Shown here: piece after piece, positions 18,001 to 31,577 of the stretch
Numbering within the stretch: the stretch's first letter is position 1
How the letters are laid out: every line of letters starts with the position of its first letter
From: Squalus acanthias
Taxonomy: Eukaryota
Assembly: GCA_030390025.1 (NCBI GenBank)
Contig: JASTWF010000035.1
Span: forward strand, 4,030,001 to 4,094,000
Length of the DNA: 64,000 nt
Direction of reading: 5' to 3'
The notes under the pieces: generated by a model
Seen by the model: only the letters and a program-made list of their open reading frames with translations
Databases searched by the model: none
Told to the model about the DNA's origin: nothing
Made by a program: the position numbers and the translations under genes

Positions 18001-20775
18001 CACACAGATAACACACTCGCTCACTGAACACACACACACACACAGATAACACACTCGCTCACTAAACACACACACACACAGATAACACACTCGCTCACTG
18101 AACACGCACACACACACAGATAACACACTCGTTCACTAAACACACACACACAGATAACACACTCGCTCACTAAACACACACACACACACAGATAACACAC
18201 TCGCTCACTGAACACGCACACACACAGATAACACACTCGCTCACTAAACACACACACACAGATAACACACTCGCTCACTAAACACACACACACACACAGA
18301 TAACACACTCGCTCACTGAACACACACACACACACAGATAACACACTTGCTCACTAAACACACACACACACACAGATAACACACTCGCTCACTACACACA
18401 CACACAGATAACACACTCGCTCACTGAACACACACACAGATAACTCACTCGTTCACTAAACACACACTCAGATAACACACTCGCTCACTAAACACACACA
18501 CACACACAGATAACACACTCGCTCACTAAACACACACACACACACAGATAACACACTCGCTCACTAAACACACACACACAGATAACACACTCGCTCACTG
18601 AACACACACACACACACAGATAACAAACTCGCTCACTAAACACACACAGATAACACACTCGCTCACTAAACACACACACACAGATAACACACTCGCTGAC
18701 TGAACACACACACACACACAGATAACACACTCGCTCACTGAACACACACACACACACAGATAACACACTCGCTCACTAAACACACACACACACACAGATA
18801 ACACACTCGCTCACTAAACACACACACACACACAGATAACACACTCGCTCACTAAACACACACACACACAGATAACACACTCGCTCACTGAACACACACA
18901 CACACACAGATAACACACTCGCTCACTAAACACACACACACACACAGATAACACACTCGCTCACTAAACACACACACACACACAGATAACACACTCGCTC
19001 ACTAAACACACACACACACAGATAACACACTTGCTCACTAAACACACACACACAAAGATAACACACTCGCTCACTAAACACACACACACACACAGATAAC
19101 ACACTCGCTCACTAAACACACACAGATAACACACTCGCTCATTAAACACACACAGATAACACACTCATTCACTAAACACACACACAGTTAACACACACGC
19201 TCACTAAACACACACAGATAACACACTCGTTCACTAAACACACACACAGTTAACACACACGCTCACTAAACACACACAGATAACACACTCGCTCACTAAA
19301 CACACACACACATAACACACTCGCTCAATAAACACACACACACACAGATAACACACTCGCTCACTAAACACACACACAGATAACACACTCGCTCACTAAA
19401 CACACACACAGATAACACACTCGCTCACTAAACACACACACACACACACACAACACACTCGCTCACTAAACACACACACAGATAACACACTCGCTCACTA
19501 AACACACACACAGATAACACACTCGCTCACTAAACACACACACAGATAACACACACGCTCACTAAACACACACACAGATAACACACACGCTCACTAAATA
19601 CACACACAGATAACACACTCGCTCACTAGACACACACAGATAAAATACGTGCTCACTTGACACACACACAGATAACGCACTCGCTCACTAAACACACACA
19701 CACATAACACACTCGTTCACTAAACACACACACAGACAACACACTCGCTCACAAAACACAAACACAGATAATACACTCGCTCACTCAACACACACACAGA
19801 TAACACACTCGCTCACTAAACACACACACAGATAACACACTCGCTCACTAAACACACACACACACAGATAACACACTCGCTCACTAAACACAGACACACA
19901 CAGATAACACACTCGCTCACTAAACACACACACACACATAACACAATCGCTCACTAAACACACACACACAGATAACACACTCGCTCACTAAACACACACA
20001 CACACAGATAACACTCTCGCTCACTAAACACACAGATAACACACTCGTTCACTAAGGACACACACACAGATAACACACTCACTCACTAAACACACACAGA
20101 TAACACACTCGTTCACTAAACACACACAGATAACACACACGCTCACTAAACACACACACAGATAACACACTCACTCACTAAAGACACACAGATAACACAC
20201 TCGCTCACTAAACACACACAGATAACACACTCGCTCACTAAACACACACAGATAACACACTCGCTCACTAAACACACACGCAGATAAAATACTTGCTCAC
20301 TAGACACACACACACAGATAACACACTCACTCACTAAACACACACACAGATAACACACTCGCTCACTAAACACACACACAGATAATACACGGTCACTAAA
20401 CGCACACACACAGATAACACACCCGTTCAATAAACACACACAGAGATAACACACTCGCTCACTAAACACACACACACAAAGATAACACACTCGCTCACTA
20501 AACACACACACAGATAACACACTCGCTCACTAAACACACACACAGATAACACACTCACTCACTAAACACACACAGATAACACACTCGATCACTAACCACA
20601 CCCACACACATAGCACACTCACTCACTAGACACACACAAACTGATAACAGACTCACACACTAAACATACACACACACAGATAACACACTCGCTCACTAAA
20701 CACACACACACACAGATAACACACTCACTCACTAAACACACACACAGATAACACACTCGCTCACTAAACACACAC
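1..20775. repeat. Satellite 1, left part: GATAACACACTCGCTCACTAAA(CA)n, unit ~28-40 bp
   Basis: Fixed 22-bp core followed by a variable CA run (n about 3-9), repeated continuously from the window edge. Recurrent point variants define higher-order blocks. Confidence 0.98.
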
Positions 20776-22495
20776 ATAGATACATAGAAGATAGGAGCAG
20801 GAGTAGGCCATCCGGCCCTTCGAGCCTGCTCCGCCATTTAATGAGATCATGGCTGATCCTTCAATTCAGTATCCCGTCCCCGCCTTCTCTCCGTAACCCT
20901 TAACCCCTTTTGCCTGTAGAAATATATCTAATTCCCTCTTAAATATATTTAATGAGCTGGCGTACACTGCCCTCTGTGGCAATGAGTTCCACAGGTTCAC
21001 CACTCTCTGAGTGAAGAAATTCCCCCTCATTTCTGTCCTAAATGGTTTAGCCCTTATCCTTAAATTATGTCCTCTAGTTCTGTTCTCACCCGCCAAGGGA
21101 AACATTCCTTCTGCATCTAATCTGTCTAGACCTGTCAGAATTTTATACACTTCTATGAGGTCCCCTCTCAATCTTCTAAACTCCAGTGTGTACATCCCTA
21201 AACTACATAGTCTCTCCTCATAGGTCAATCCCGCCATTCCTGGTATCAGCCTGGTGAATCGCCGCTGCACCCCCTCCATGGCAAGAACATCTTTCCTCAG
21301 ATGAGGCGACCAAAACTGTACACAGTACTCGAGGTGTGGTCTCACCAGTGCCCTGTACAGCTGCAGCAAGGTATCCCTGTTCCTGTATTCCAACCCTTTT
21401 GCTATGAAGGCCAGCATACCGTTTGCCTTCTTGACCGCCTGTTGCACCTGCATGCTCGCCTTCAGTGACTGGTGTACAAGAACACCCAGGTCTCTCTGTA
21501 CTTCCCCCTCTCCCAATTTATTGCCATTTAAATAATAATTTGCCCTCCCGTTCCTGCACCCAAGGTGGATAACTTCGCACTTGTCCACATTATAGTGCAT
21601 CTGCCATTTATCCGCCCAATCACCTAGTCTGTCCAAATCGCTCTGGAGCTTCCTGGTCTCCTCCTCTGAGCCCACCCCCCCTCCTAGTTTAGTGTCGTCT
21701 GCAAATTTGGAAATGCTGCATTCGACTCCCTGATCCAGGTCATTAATATAAATTGTGAACAGCTGGGGACCCAGGACAGATCCCTGTGGTACCCCACTTG
21801 TTACTGCCTGCCATTCAGAAAATGAGCCGTTTATTCCAACTCTCTGTTTTCTATCTGACAGCCAGTTCTCTATCCACGTCAATACTTTCCCCTTTATCCC
21901 ATGAGCTTCAATTTTCCATGCTAATCTTTTATGTGGGACCTTATCGAAGGCCTTTTGGAAGTCCAGGTACACCACATCTACTGGCTCTCCCCCATCTATT
22001 TTACCAGTTACTCCCTCAAAAAATTCCAATAGATTAGTCAAGCACGATTTACCCTTTGTAAATCCATGTTGACTCTGTCCTATCCTGTCCCCATTTGCTA
22101 AGTGCTCGGCTATTTCATCCTTAATGATGGACTCCAGCATTTTGCCCACAACTGATGTAAGGCTTACAGGTCTGTAATTACCTGCTTTTTCCCTACCCCC
22201 CTTTTTGAATAGTGGGGTAACGTTAGCTACCCTCCAATCCATGGGCACTGTTCCCGAGTCTAATGAATTCTGAAAAATCATGCTTAGTGCATCCGCTATC
22301 TCTAGGGCCACCTCCTTCAGTACCCTAGGATGCATGTTATCAGGCCCTGGGGATTTGTCCGCCTTCAATCCCTTTAGCTTCCTTAACACCATATCCTTAG
22401 AGATATTGATTTGCGTCAGTTCCTCCTTTGCCAATGTCCCTATTTTTCCCGATATCCCAGGGAGGTTTTTTGTGTCTTCCTTCGTAAAGACTGAC
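20776..22495 (-). mobile_element. 5'-truncated CR1-type LINE inserted into satellite 1
   Basis: Uninterrupted RT frame, then a short 3' UTR (…GGCCTACTCCTGCTCCTATCTTCTATGTATCTATGT on minus) ending in an 8-bp-type tail. Both flanks are satellite CA runs. Confidence 0.95.
20866..22494 (-). CDS. CR1 ORF2 reverse transcriptase, 5'-truncated and open to the stop codon
   Basis: Motifs KSPGPD, NYRPVSLTS, YLDFQKAFDKV, GVPQGSVLGP, KFADD and LVRPHLEY. The first residues of the track ORF (MLSLCV) are satellite sequence, so there is no genuine start. Confidence 0.9.
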   Translation of the reverse strand, partial: SVFTKEDTKNLPGISGKIGTLAKEELTQINISKDMVLRKLKGLKADKSPGPDNMHPRVLKEVALEIADALSMIFQNSLDSGTVPMDWRVANVTPLFKKGGREKAGNYRPVSLTSVVGKMLESIIKDEIAEHLANGDRIGQSQHGFTKGKSCLTNLLEFFEGVTGKIDGGEPVDVVYLDFQKAFDKVPHKRLAWKIEAHGIKGKVLTWIENWLSDRKQRVGINGSFSEWQAVTSGVPQGSVLGPQLFTIYINDLDQGVECSISKFADDTKLGGGVGSEEETRKLQSDLDRLGDWADKWQMHYNVDKCEVIHLGCRNGRANYYLNGNKLGEGEVQRDLGVLVHQSLKASMQVQQAVKKANGMLAFIAKGLEYRNRDTLLQLYRALVRPHLEYCVQFWSPHLRKDVLAMEGVQRRFTRLIPGMAGLTYEERLCSLGMYTLEFRRLRGDLIEVYKILTGLDRLDAEGMFPLAGENRTRGHNLRIRAKPFRTEMRGNFFTQRVVNLWNSLPQRAVYASSLNIFKRELDIFLQAKGVKGYGEKAGTGY

Positions 22496-25400
22496 ACACA
22501 CAAAGATAACACACTCGCTCACTAAACACACACACACAGATAACACACTCGCTCACTAAACACACACACACACAGATAACACACTCACTCACTAAACACA
22601 CACACTCAAAGATAACACACTCGCTCACTAAACACACACACACACAGATAACACACTCGCTGACTAAACACACAAAGATAACACACTCGCTCACTAAACA
22701 CACAGATAACACACTCGCTCACTAACCACACCCACACAGATAACACACTCGCTCACTAAACACACACACAGATAACACACTCGCTCACTGAACACACACA
22801 CACACACAGATAACACACTCGTTCACTAAACACACACACACACACAGATAACACACTCGCTCACTAAACACACACACACACACACACAGATAACACACTC
22901 GCTCACTGAACACACACACACACACAGATAACACACTCGCTCACTAAACACACACACACACACAGATAACACAATCGCTCACTAAACACACACACACACA
23001 CAGGTAACACACTTGCTCACTAAACACACACACAGATAACACACTCGCTCACTAAACACACACACAGATAACACACTCGCTCACTAAACACACACACACA
23101 CACAGATAACACACTCGTTCACTAAACACACACACACAGATAACACACTCGCTCACTAAACACACACACACACACAGATAACACACTCGCTCATAAACAC
23201 ACACAGATAACACACTCGCTCACTAAACACACACAGATAACACACTCGTTCACTAAACACACACACAGTTAACACACACGCTCACTAAACACACACAGAT
23301 AACACACTCGCTCACTAAACACACACACACACAGATAACACACTCGCTCACTAAACACACACAGATAACACACTCGTTCACTAAACACACACACAGTTAA
23401 CACACTCGCTCGCTAAACACACACAGATAACACACTCGCTCACTAAACACACACACAGATAACACACTCGCTCACTAAACACACACACACACACAACACA
23501 CTCGCTCACTAAACACACACACAGATAACACACTCGCTCACTAAACACACACACAGATAACACACTCGCTCACTAAACACACACACAGATAACAGACACG
23601 CTCACTAAACACACACACAGATAACACACACGCTCACTAAATACACACACAGATAACACACTCGCTCACTAGACACACACAGATAAAATACTTGCTCACT
23701 TGACACACACACAGATAACGCACGCGCTCACTAAACACACACACAGATAACACACTCGCTCACTAAACACACACACAGACAACACACTCGCTCACTAAAC
23801 ACAAACACAGATAATACACTCGCTCACTAAACACACACACAGATAACACACTCGCTCACTAAACACACACACAGATAACACACTCGCTCACTAAACACAC
23901 ACACACACAGATAACACACTCGCTCACTAAACACAGACACACACAGATAACACACTCGCTCACTAAACACACACACACACATAACACAATCGCTCACTAA
24001 ACACACACACACAGATAACACACTCGCTCACTAAACACACACACACACAGATAACACACTCGCTCACTAAACACACAGATAACACACTCGTTCACTAAAG
24101 ACACACACACAGATAACACACTCACTCACTAAACACACACAGATAACACACTCGTTCACTAAACACACACAGATAACACACACGCTCACTAAACACACAC
24201 ACAGATAACACACTCACTCACTAGACACACACACACAGATAACACACTCACTCACTAAACACACACACTCAAAGATAACACACTCGCTCACTAAACACAC
24301 ACACACACAGATAACACACTCGCTGACTAAACACACAAAGATAACACACTCGCTCACTAAACACACAGATAACACACTCGCTCACTAACCACACCCACAC
24401 AGATAACACACTCGCTCACTAAACACACACACAGATAACACACTCGCTCACTGAACACACACACACACACAGATAACACACTCGTTCACTAAACACACAC
24501 ACACACACAGATAACACACTCGCTCACTAAACACACACACACACACACACAGATAACACACTCGCTCACTGAACACACACACACACACAGATAACACACT
24601 CGCTCACTAAACACACACACACACACAGATAACACAATCGCTCACTAAACACACACACACACACAGGTAACACACTTGCTCACTAAACACACACACAGAT
24701 AACACACTCGCTCACTAAACACACACACAGATAACACACTCGCTCACTAAACACACACACACACACAGATAACACACTCGTTCACTAAACACACACACAC
24801 AGATAACACACTCGCTCACTAAACACACACACACACACAGATAACACACTCGCTCATAAACACACACAGATAACACACTCGCTCACTAAACACACACAGA
24901 TAACACACTCGTTCACTAAACACACACACAGTTAACACACACGCTCACTAAACACACACAGATAACACACTCGCTCACTAAACACACACACACACACAGA
25001 TAACACACTCGCTCATAAACACACACAGATAACACACTCGCTCACTAAACACACACAGATAACACACTCGTTCACTAAACACACACACAGTTAACACACT
25101 CGCTCGCTAAACACACACAGATAACACACTCGCTCACTAAACACACACACAGATAACACACTCGCTCACTAAACACACACACACACACAACACACTCGCT
25201 CACTAAACACACACACAGATAACACACTCGCTCACTAAACACACACACAGATAACACACTCGCTCACTAAACACACACACAGATAACAGACACGCTCACT
25301 AAACACACACACAGATAACACACACGCTCACTAAATACACACACAGATAACACACCCGCTCACTCGACACACACAGATAAAATACTTGCTCACTTGACAC

Positions 25401-26617
25401 ACACACAGATAACGCACGCGCTCACTAAACACACACACAGATAACACACTCGCTCACTAAACACACACACAGACAACACACTCGCTCACTAAACACAAAC
25501 ACAGATAATACACTCGCTCACTAAACACACACACAGATAACACACTCGCTCACTAAACACACACACAGATAACACACTCGCTCACTAAACACACACACAC
25601 ACAGATAACACACTCGCTCACTAAACACAGACACACACAGATAACACACTCGCTCACTAAACACACACACACACATAACACAATCGCTCACTAAACACAC
25701 ACACACAGATAACACACTCGCTCACTAAACACACACACACACAGATAACACACTCGCTCACTAAACACACAGATAACACACTCGTTCACTAAAGACACAC
25801 ACACAGATAACACACTCACTCACTAAACACACACAGATAACACACACGCTCACTAAACACACACACAGATAACACACTCACTCACTAGACACACACACAC
25901 AGATAACACACTCACTCACTAAACACACACACAGATAACACACTCGCTCACTAAACACACACACAGATAATACACGGTCACTAAACGCACACACACAGAT
26001 AACACACCCGTTCAATAAACACACACAAAGATAACACACTCGCACACTAAACACACACACACAAAGATAACACACTCGTTCACTAAACACACACACAGAT
26101 AACACACTCGCTCACTAAACACACACACAGACAATACACTCGATCACTAACCACACCCACACAAAGAGCACACTCACTCACTAGACACACACACACTGAT
26201 AACAGACTCACACACTAAACATACACACACACAGATAACACACTCGCTCACTAAACACACACACACACAGATAATACACTCGATCACTAACCACACCCAC
26301 ACAAAGAGCACACTCACTCACTAGACACACACACACTGATAACAGACTCACACACTAAACATACACACACACAGATAACACACTCGCTCACTAAACACAC
26401 ACTCGCTCACTAAACATACACACACAGATAACACACTCGTTCACTAAACACACACGCACAATTAACACACTCCTCACTAAACACACACAGTTAACACACT
26501 CGCTCACTAAACACACACACACAGATAACACACTCGCTCACTAAACACACACACAGATAACACACTCGCTCACTAAACACACACACAGATAACACACTCG
26601 CTCACTAAACACACACA
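22496..26617. repeat. Satellite 1, right part
   Basis: Same core and variants as 1-20775. Contains a 1694-bp offset duplication (identical track ORFs at 23381/25075 and 23827/25521). Confidence 0.98.
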
Positions 26618-26834
26618 TCCTCCTTCACTATTAAAGAAAGGATGGATGAGCCCGATCACTGAACTATTCACAGCCGCAACGCTCACTAAACTCTAACCTC
26701 AGACTTTCTCCCTGAAACTATGCCTCAAAGTAGCATCAGAGACCTTTTACAATTCATCTCCGCTCAGTAATAAATCAAACCTGCTCGCTGTGTCCAGACC
26801 GGCTCCTGGAGCTGTGCCAAATGCTGCCTTCACT

Positions 26835-29302
26835 GAGTGAGGTCAGTCAGACCAGAGTGAGGTCACTCCGACCAGAGAGAGGTCAGTCAGACCAGAGTGA
26901 GGTCAGTCAGACCAGAGTGAGGTCAGTCAGACCAGAGTGAGGTCACTCCGACCAGAGTGAGGTCAGTCAGGACAGAGTGAGGTCACTCCGACCAGAGAGA
27001 GGTCAGTCAGACCAGAGTGAGGTCAGTCCGACCAGAGAGAGGTCAGTCAGACCAGAGTGAGGTCACTCCGACCAAAGAGAGGTCAGTCAGACCAGAGTGA
27101 GGTCAGTCAGACCAGAGTGAGGTCAGTCAGACCAGAGTGAGGTCACTCCGACCAGAGAGAGGTCAGTCAGACCAGAGTGAGGTCAGTCAGACCAGAGTGA
27201 GGTCAGTCAGACCAGAGTGAGGTCACTCCGACCAAAGAGAGGTCAGTCAGACCAGAGTGAGGTGAGTCAGACCAGAGTGAGGTCAGTCAGACCAGAGTGA
27301 GGTCACTCCGACCAGAGAGAGGTCAGTCAGACCAGAGTGAGGTCACTCCGACCAGAGAGAGGTCAGTCAGACCAGAGTGAGGTCACTCCGACCAAAGAGA
27401 GGTCAGTCAGACCAGAGTGAGGTCAGTCAGACCAGAGTGAGGTCAGTCAGACCAGAGTGAGGTCACTCCGACCAGAGAGAGGTCAGTCAGACCAGAGTGA
27501 GGTCAGTCAGACCAGAGTGAGGTCAGTCAGACCAGAGTGAGGTCACTCCGACCAAAGAGAGGTCAGTCAGACCAGAGTGAGGTCAGTCAGACCAGAGTGA
27601 GGTCAGTCAGACCAGAGTGAGGTCACTCCGACCAGAGAGAGGTCAGTCAGACCAGAGTGAGGTCAGTCAGACCAGAGTGAGGTCAGTCAGACCAGAGTGA
27701 GGTCAGTCAGACCAGAGTGAGGTCAGTCAGACCAGAGTGAGGTCACTCCGACCAGGTGAGGTCAGTCAGACCAGAGTGAGGTCAGTCAGGACAGAGTGAG
27801 GTCAGTCAGACCAGAGTGAGGTCACTCCGACCAGAGTGAGGTCAGTCAGACCAGAGTGAGGTCACTCAGACCAGAGTGAGGTCAGTCAGACCAGAGTGAG
27901 GTCAGTCATACCAGAGTGAGGTCACTCAGACCAGAGTGAGGTCACTCAGACCAGAGTGAGGTCAGTCAGACCAGAGTGCGGTCAGTCAGACCAGAGTGAG
28001 GTCACTCAGACCAGAGTGAGGTCAGTCAGACCAGAGTGAGGTCAGTCAGGACAGAGTGAGGTCAGTCAGACCAGAGTGAGGTCAGTCAGACCAGAGTGAG
28101 GTCAGTCAGACCAGAGTGAGGTCACTCCGACCAGGTGAGGTCAGTCAGACCAGAGTGAGGTCAGTCAGGACAGAGTGAGGTCAGTCAGACCAGAGTGAGG
28201 TCACTCCGACCAGAGTGAGGTCAGTCAGACCAGAGTGAGGTCACTCAGACCAGAGTGAGGTCAGTCAGACCAGAGTGCGGTCAGTCAGACCAGAGTGAGG
28301 TCAGTCAAACCAGAGTGAGGTCACTCAGACCAGAGTAAGGTCAATCAGACCAGAGTGAGGTCAGTCAGACCAGAGTGAGGTCAGTCAGACCAGAGTGAGG
28401 TCAGTCAGGACAGAGTGAGGTCAGTCATGCCAGAGTGAGGTCAGTCAGGCCAGAGTGAGGTCAGTCAGGCCAGAGTGAGGTCAGTCAGACCAGAGTGAGG
28501 TCAGTCAGACCAGAGTGAGGTCAGTCAGACCAGAGTGAGGTCACTCAGACCAGAGTGAGGTCAGTCAGGACAGAGTGAGGTCAGTCATGCCAGAGTGAGG
28601 TCAGTCAGGCCAGAGTGAGGTCAGTCAGGCAAGAGTGAGGTCAGTCAGGCCAGAGTGAGGTCAGTCAGGACAGAGTGAGGTCAGTCATGCCAGAGTGAGG
28701 TCAGTCAGGCCAGAGTGAGGTCAGTCAGGCCAGAGTGAGGTCACTCAGACCAGAGTGAGGTCAGTCAGACCAGAGTGAGGTCAGTCAGACCAGGTCAGTC
28801 AGACCAGAGTGAGGTCAGTCAGACGTGAGGTCACTCAGACCAGAGTGAGGTCAGTCAGACCAGAGTGAGGTCAGTCAGACCAGAGTGAGGTCAGTCAGAC
28901 CAGAGTGAGGTCAATCAGGACATAGTGAGGTCAGTCAGACCAGAGTGAGGTCAGTCAGACCAGAGTGAGGTCAGTCAGACCAGAGTGAGGTCAATCAGGA
29001 CAGAGTGAGGTCAGTCAGACCAGAGTGATGTCAGTCAGACCAGACTGAGGTCAGTCAGACCACCAGTGTGAGGTCAGTCAGACCAGAGTGAGGTCAGTCA
29101 GGACAGAGTGAGGTCAGTCAGGACAGAGTGAGGTCAGTCAGACCAGAGTGAGGTCAGTCAGACCAGTGTGAGGTCAGTCAGACCAGAGGGAGGTCAGTCA
29201 GGACAGAGTGAGGTCAGTCAGGACAGAGAGAGGTCACTCAGGACAGAGTGAGATCAGTCAGACCAGAGTGAGGTCAGTCAGGACAGAGTGAGATCAGTCA
29301 GG
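26835..29302. repeat. 20-bp tandem array GAGTGAGGTCAGTCAGACCA, ~123 copies
   Basis: Near-exact 20-bp periodicity with few indels. Variant GGTCACTCCGACCAAAGAGA recurs every 160 bp (27061, 27221, 27381, 27541). Confidence 0.98.
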
Positions 29303-29625
29303 AGCAATGGTGCCGAAGAATGCCTGCTTGGTGTTTAAATAATCATTTATCTTGAATATTAAGAGCATAATATCCTTTAGCTTAACAAATAGATCCATGA
29401 GGCTAAATATTTATATGGGGATAAAATAAATGAATTAGAGGAATCTAACAATAATGGTCTAATTTGCATTAAATAATTATCTGCTATACATAAATAATGA
29501 ATCCGCAATTAATTACAAATTTGTTTAATATCAATTCAATGTGTATAAACTAATTTATGCTAAATTTCAAGTCATTCTATTACTTCTGGAAATAAATTGC
29601 TGCTAACAATAAATCAAGATTAGAA

Positions 29626-30120
29626 ATGACAGCACAGGCAATGTGTCGGGACTGCAGAATGCGGGTGTTTGAGGCCAGTGAGACTGTCCGGGATTACCAC
29701 ATTTGCTGTAAATGTCTCTGCCTTGATACACTCCGGCTTAGGCTCATTGAGCTGGAGTCTGAGCATGATACACTCCAACACATAAGGGAGGGGGAGGAAT
29801 TTTTTGGTAAGTTTTCTCCAGGGTAGAGTCACACCTCAAGGACAGTACAGGGGCAGGAAGGGGAGAGTGTGACTGTCAGTCAGCAGCATAGAGGGAACCG
29901 AGGGGAGATGGAGGAGGAGATCCCACAGGCACTGGTCCTGTCCAACAGGTACAATGTACTTGCTACCTGTGAAGACAAAGAGAAAGACTGCGTGGAGGAC
30001 AGCCAGAAGGCTAACCATGGCACCATGGATCAGGAGGCTGTCCAAAGAGGGAGGAGCAGAATAGAAAGGTTGTAGTCATAGGGGATTCAATATTTATGGG
30101 CCTAGTTAGCGTCCTCCGCA
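29626..30120 (+). pseudogene. CR1 ORF1 remnant (Cys-rich zinc finger/leucine zipper plus start of SGNH esterase)
   Basis: CRDC…ICCKC followed by heptad leucines, then LSNRYNVL and, in another frame at ~30063, RKVVVIGDSI (GDS esterase motif typical of vertebrate CR1 ORF1). Broken by a stop and frameshifts. Confidence 0.8.
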
Positions 30121-31577
30121 GTGGCTGCAGGGTGACCAAGGCTGGGAGCTGAATATCCAAGGATATTCGATATTTAGGAAGGACAGGCAAAAAGGAAAAG
30201 GAGGTGGGGTGGCTTTGTTAGTAAAGGATGAAATCAGAGCAATAGTGAGAAAGGATATTGGCTCAGAAAATCAAGATGTAGAATCAGTCTGGATGGAGCT
30301 AAGAAGCACCAAGGGGCAGAAAACATTGGTGGGAGTTGTCTATAGGCCTCCAAACAGTAGTGGTAATGTAGGGGATGGAATCAAACAGGAAATTAGAGAT
30401 GCATGTAACAAGGGTACTACAGTAATCATGGGTGACTTTAATCTACATATAGAATGGCCAAACCAAATTAGCAATAATACTATGGAGGATGAATTCCTGG
30501 AGTGTGTACGAGATGGTTTTTTAGACCAGTACGTTGAGGAGCCAACTAGGGAACAGGCTCTCCTAGATTGGGTATTGTGCAATGAGAAGGGGTTAATTAA
30601 TAATCTTGTTGTGCGGGGTCCTTTAGGGAAGAGTGACCATAATATGATAGAATTCTTCATTAAGATGGAAAGTGAAGTAGTCCAATCCGAAACTAGGGTT
30701 CTAAATCTGAACAAAGGAAACTACGAAGGTATGAGGAGGGAGTTGGCTATGATAGATTGGGGAGCTTCATTAAAAGGCATGACAGTGGATAGGCAATGGC
30801 TAACATTTAAGGAACGAATGCATGAATTGTAACAGTTATACATTCCTTTCTGGCGCAAAAACAAAAGGAAAAGCAGCCCAACCATGGCTAACAAAGGAAA
30901 TTAAGGATAGTATTAGATCCAAAGAGGAGTCATATAAAGTTGTCAGAAAAAGTAGCAAGCCTGAGGATTGGGAGCAGTTTAGAGTTCAGCAAAAAGGGAC
31001 CAAGAGATTGATTAAGAGGGGAAAAATAGAGTATGAGAGTAAACTTGCAAAGAACATAAAAGTGGACTGTAAAAGCTTCTACAAGTATGTAAAAAGAAAA
31101 AGATTAGTGAAGACAAATGTAGGTTCCTTACAGTCAGAAACAGGAGAATTTATAATGGGGAACAAGGAAATGGCTGAGCAATTAAACAAATACTTTGATT
31201 CTGTCTTCACGGTTGAGTACACAAATAAATTCCCAGAAATGCTAAGGAACCAAGGGGGAAAAATTTGGTTGATTAGTGTCTCCTGTTAGCGCCCTAAATG
31301 TGAAGTTATCCACTTTGGTAGGAAAAACAGAAAGGCAGAGTATCATTTAAATGGTGATAGATTGGGAAATGTTGATGGCAAATGGTATGCTGGCCTTCAT
31401 TGCAAGAGGATTTGAGTACAGGAGCAAGGATGTCTTACTACAGTTATACAGGGCCCTGGTGAGACCACACCTGGAGCACTGTGTGCAGTTTTGATCTCCT
31501 TACATAAGAAAGGATATACTCCTGCTCCTACTTTTCTATGCTCCTATTTTTCTATGTTTCTATGTTTCTATGTTTCT
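30121..31577 (+). mobile_element. Internally deleted CR1 ORF2 (endonuclease, pieces of RT C-terminus, 3' tail)
   Basis: APE-type motifs WLQGDQ, VVYRPP, MGDFN and SDH. Jumps to KCEVIHFG and LVRPHLE, and ends in a (TTTCTATG)n tail at ~31535-31577. Confidence 0.9.

Noticed and set aside
604..26105. Dozens of Cys/Val-rich minus-strand ORFs
   Set aside because: They are translations of satellite 1 with (GT)n runs and non-ATG starts.
1..26617. CRISPR-like look of a constant core with variable spacers
   Set aside because: The spacers are only CA runs of different length, there are no cas genes and the context is eukaryotic.
26783..26834. Alternative minus-strand micro-exon (CTCACTCAG|…GAGCAG|GTTTGA)
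   Set aside because: The donor GTTTGA is poor and the peptides are unremarkable; weaker than the plus-strand candidate.
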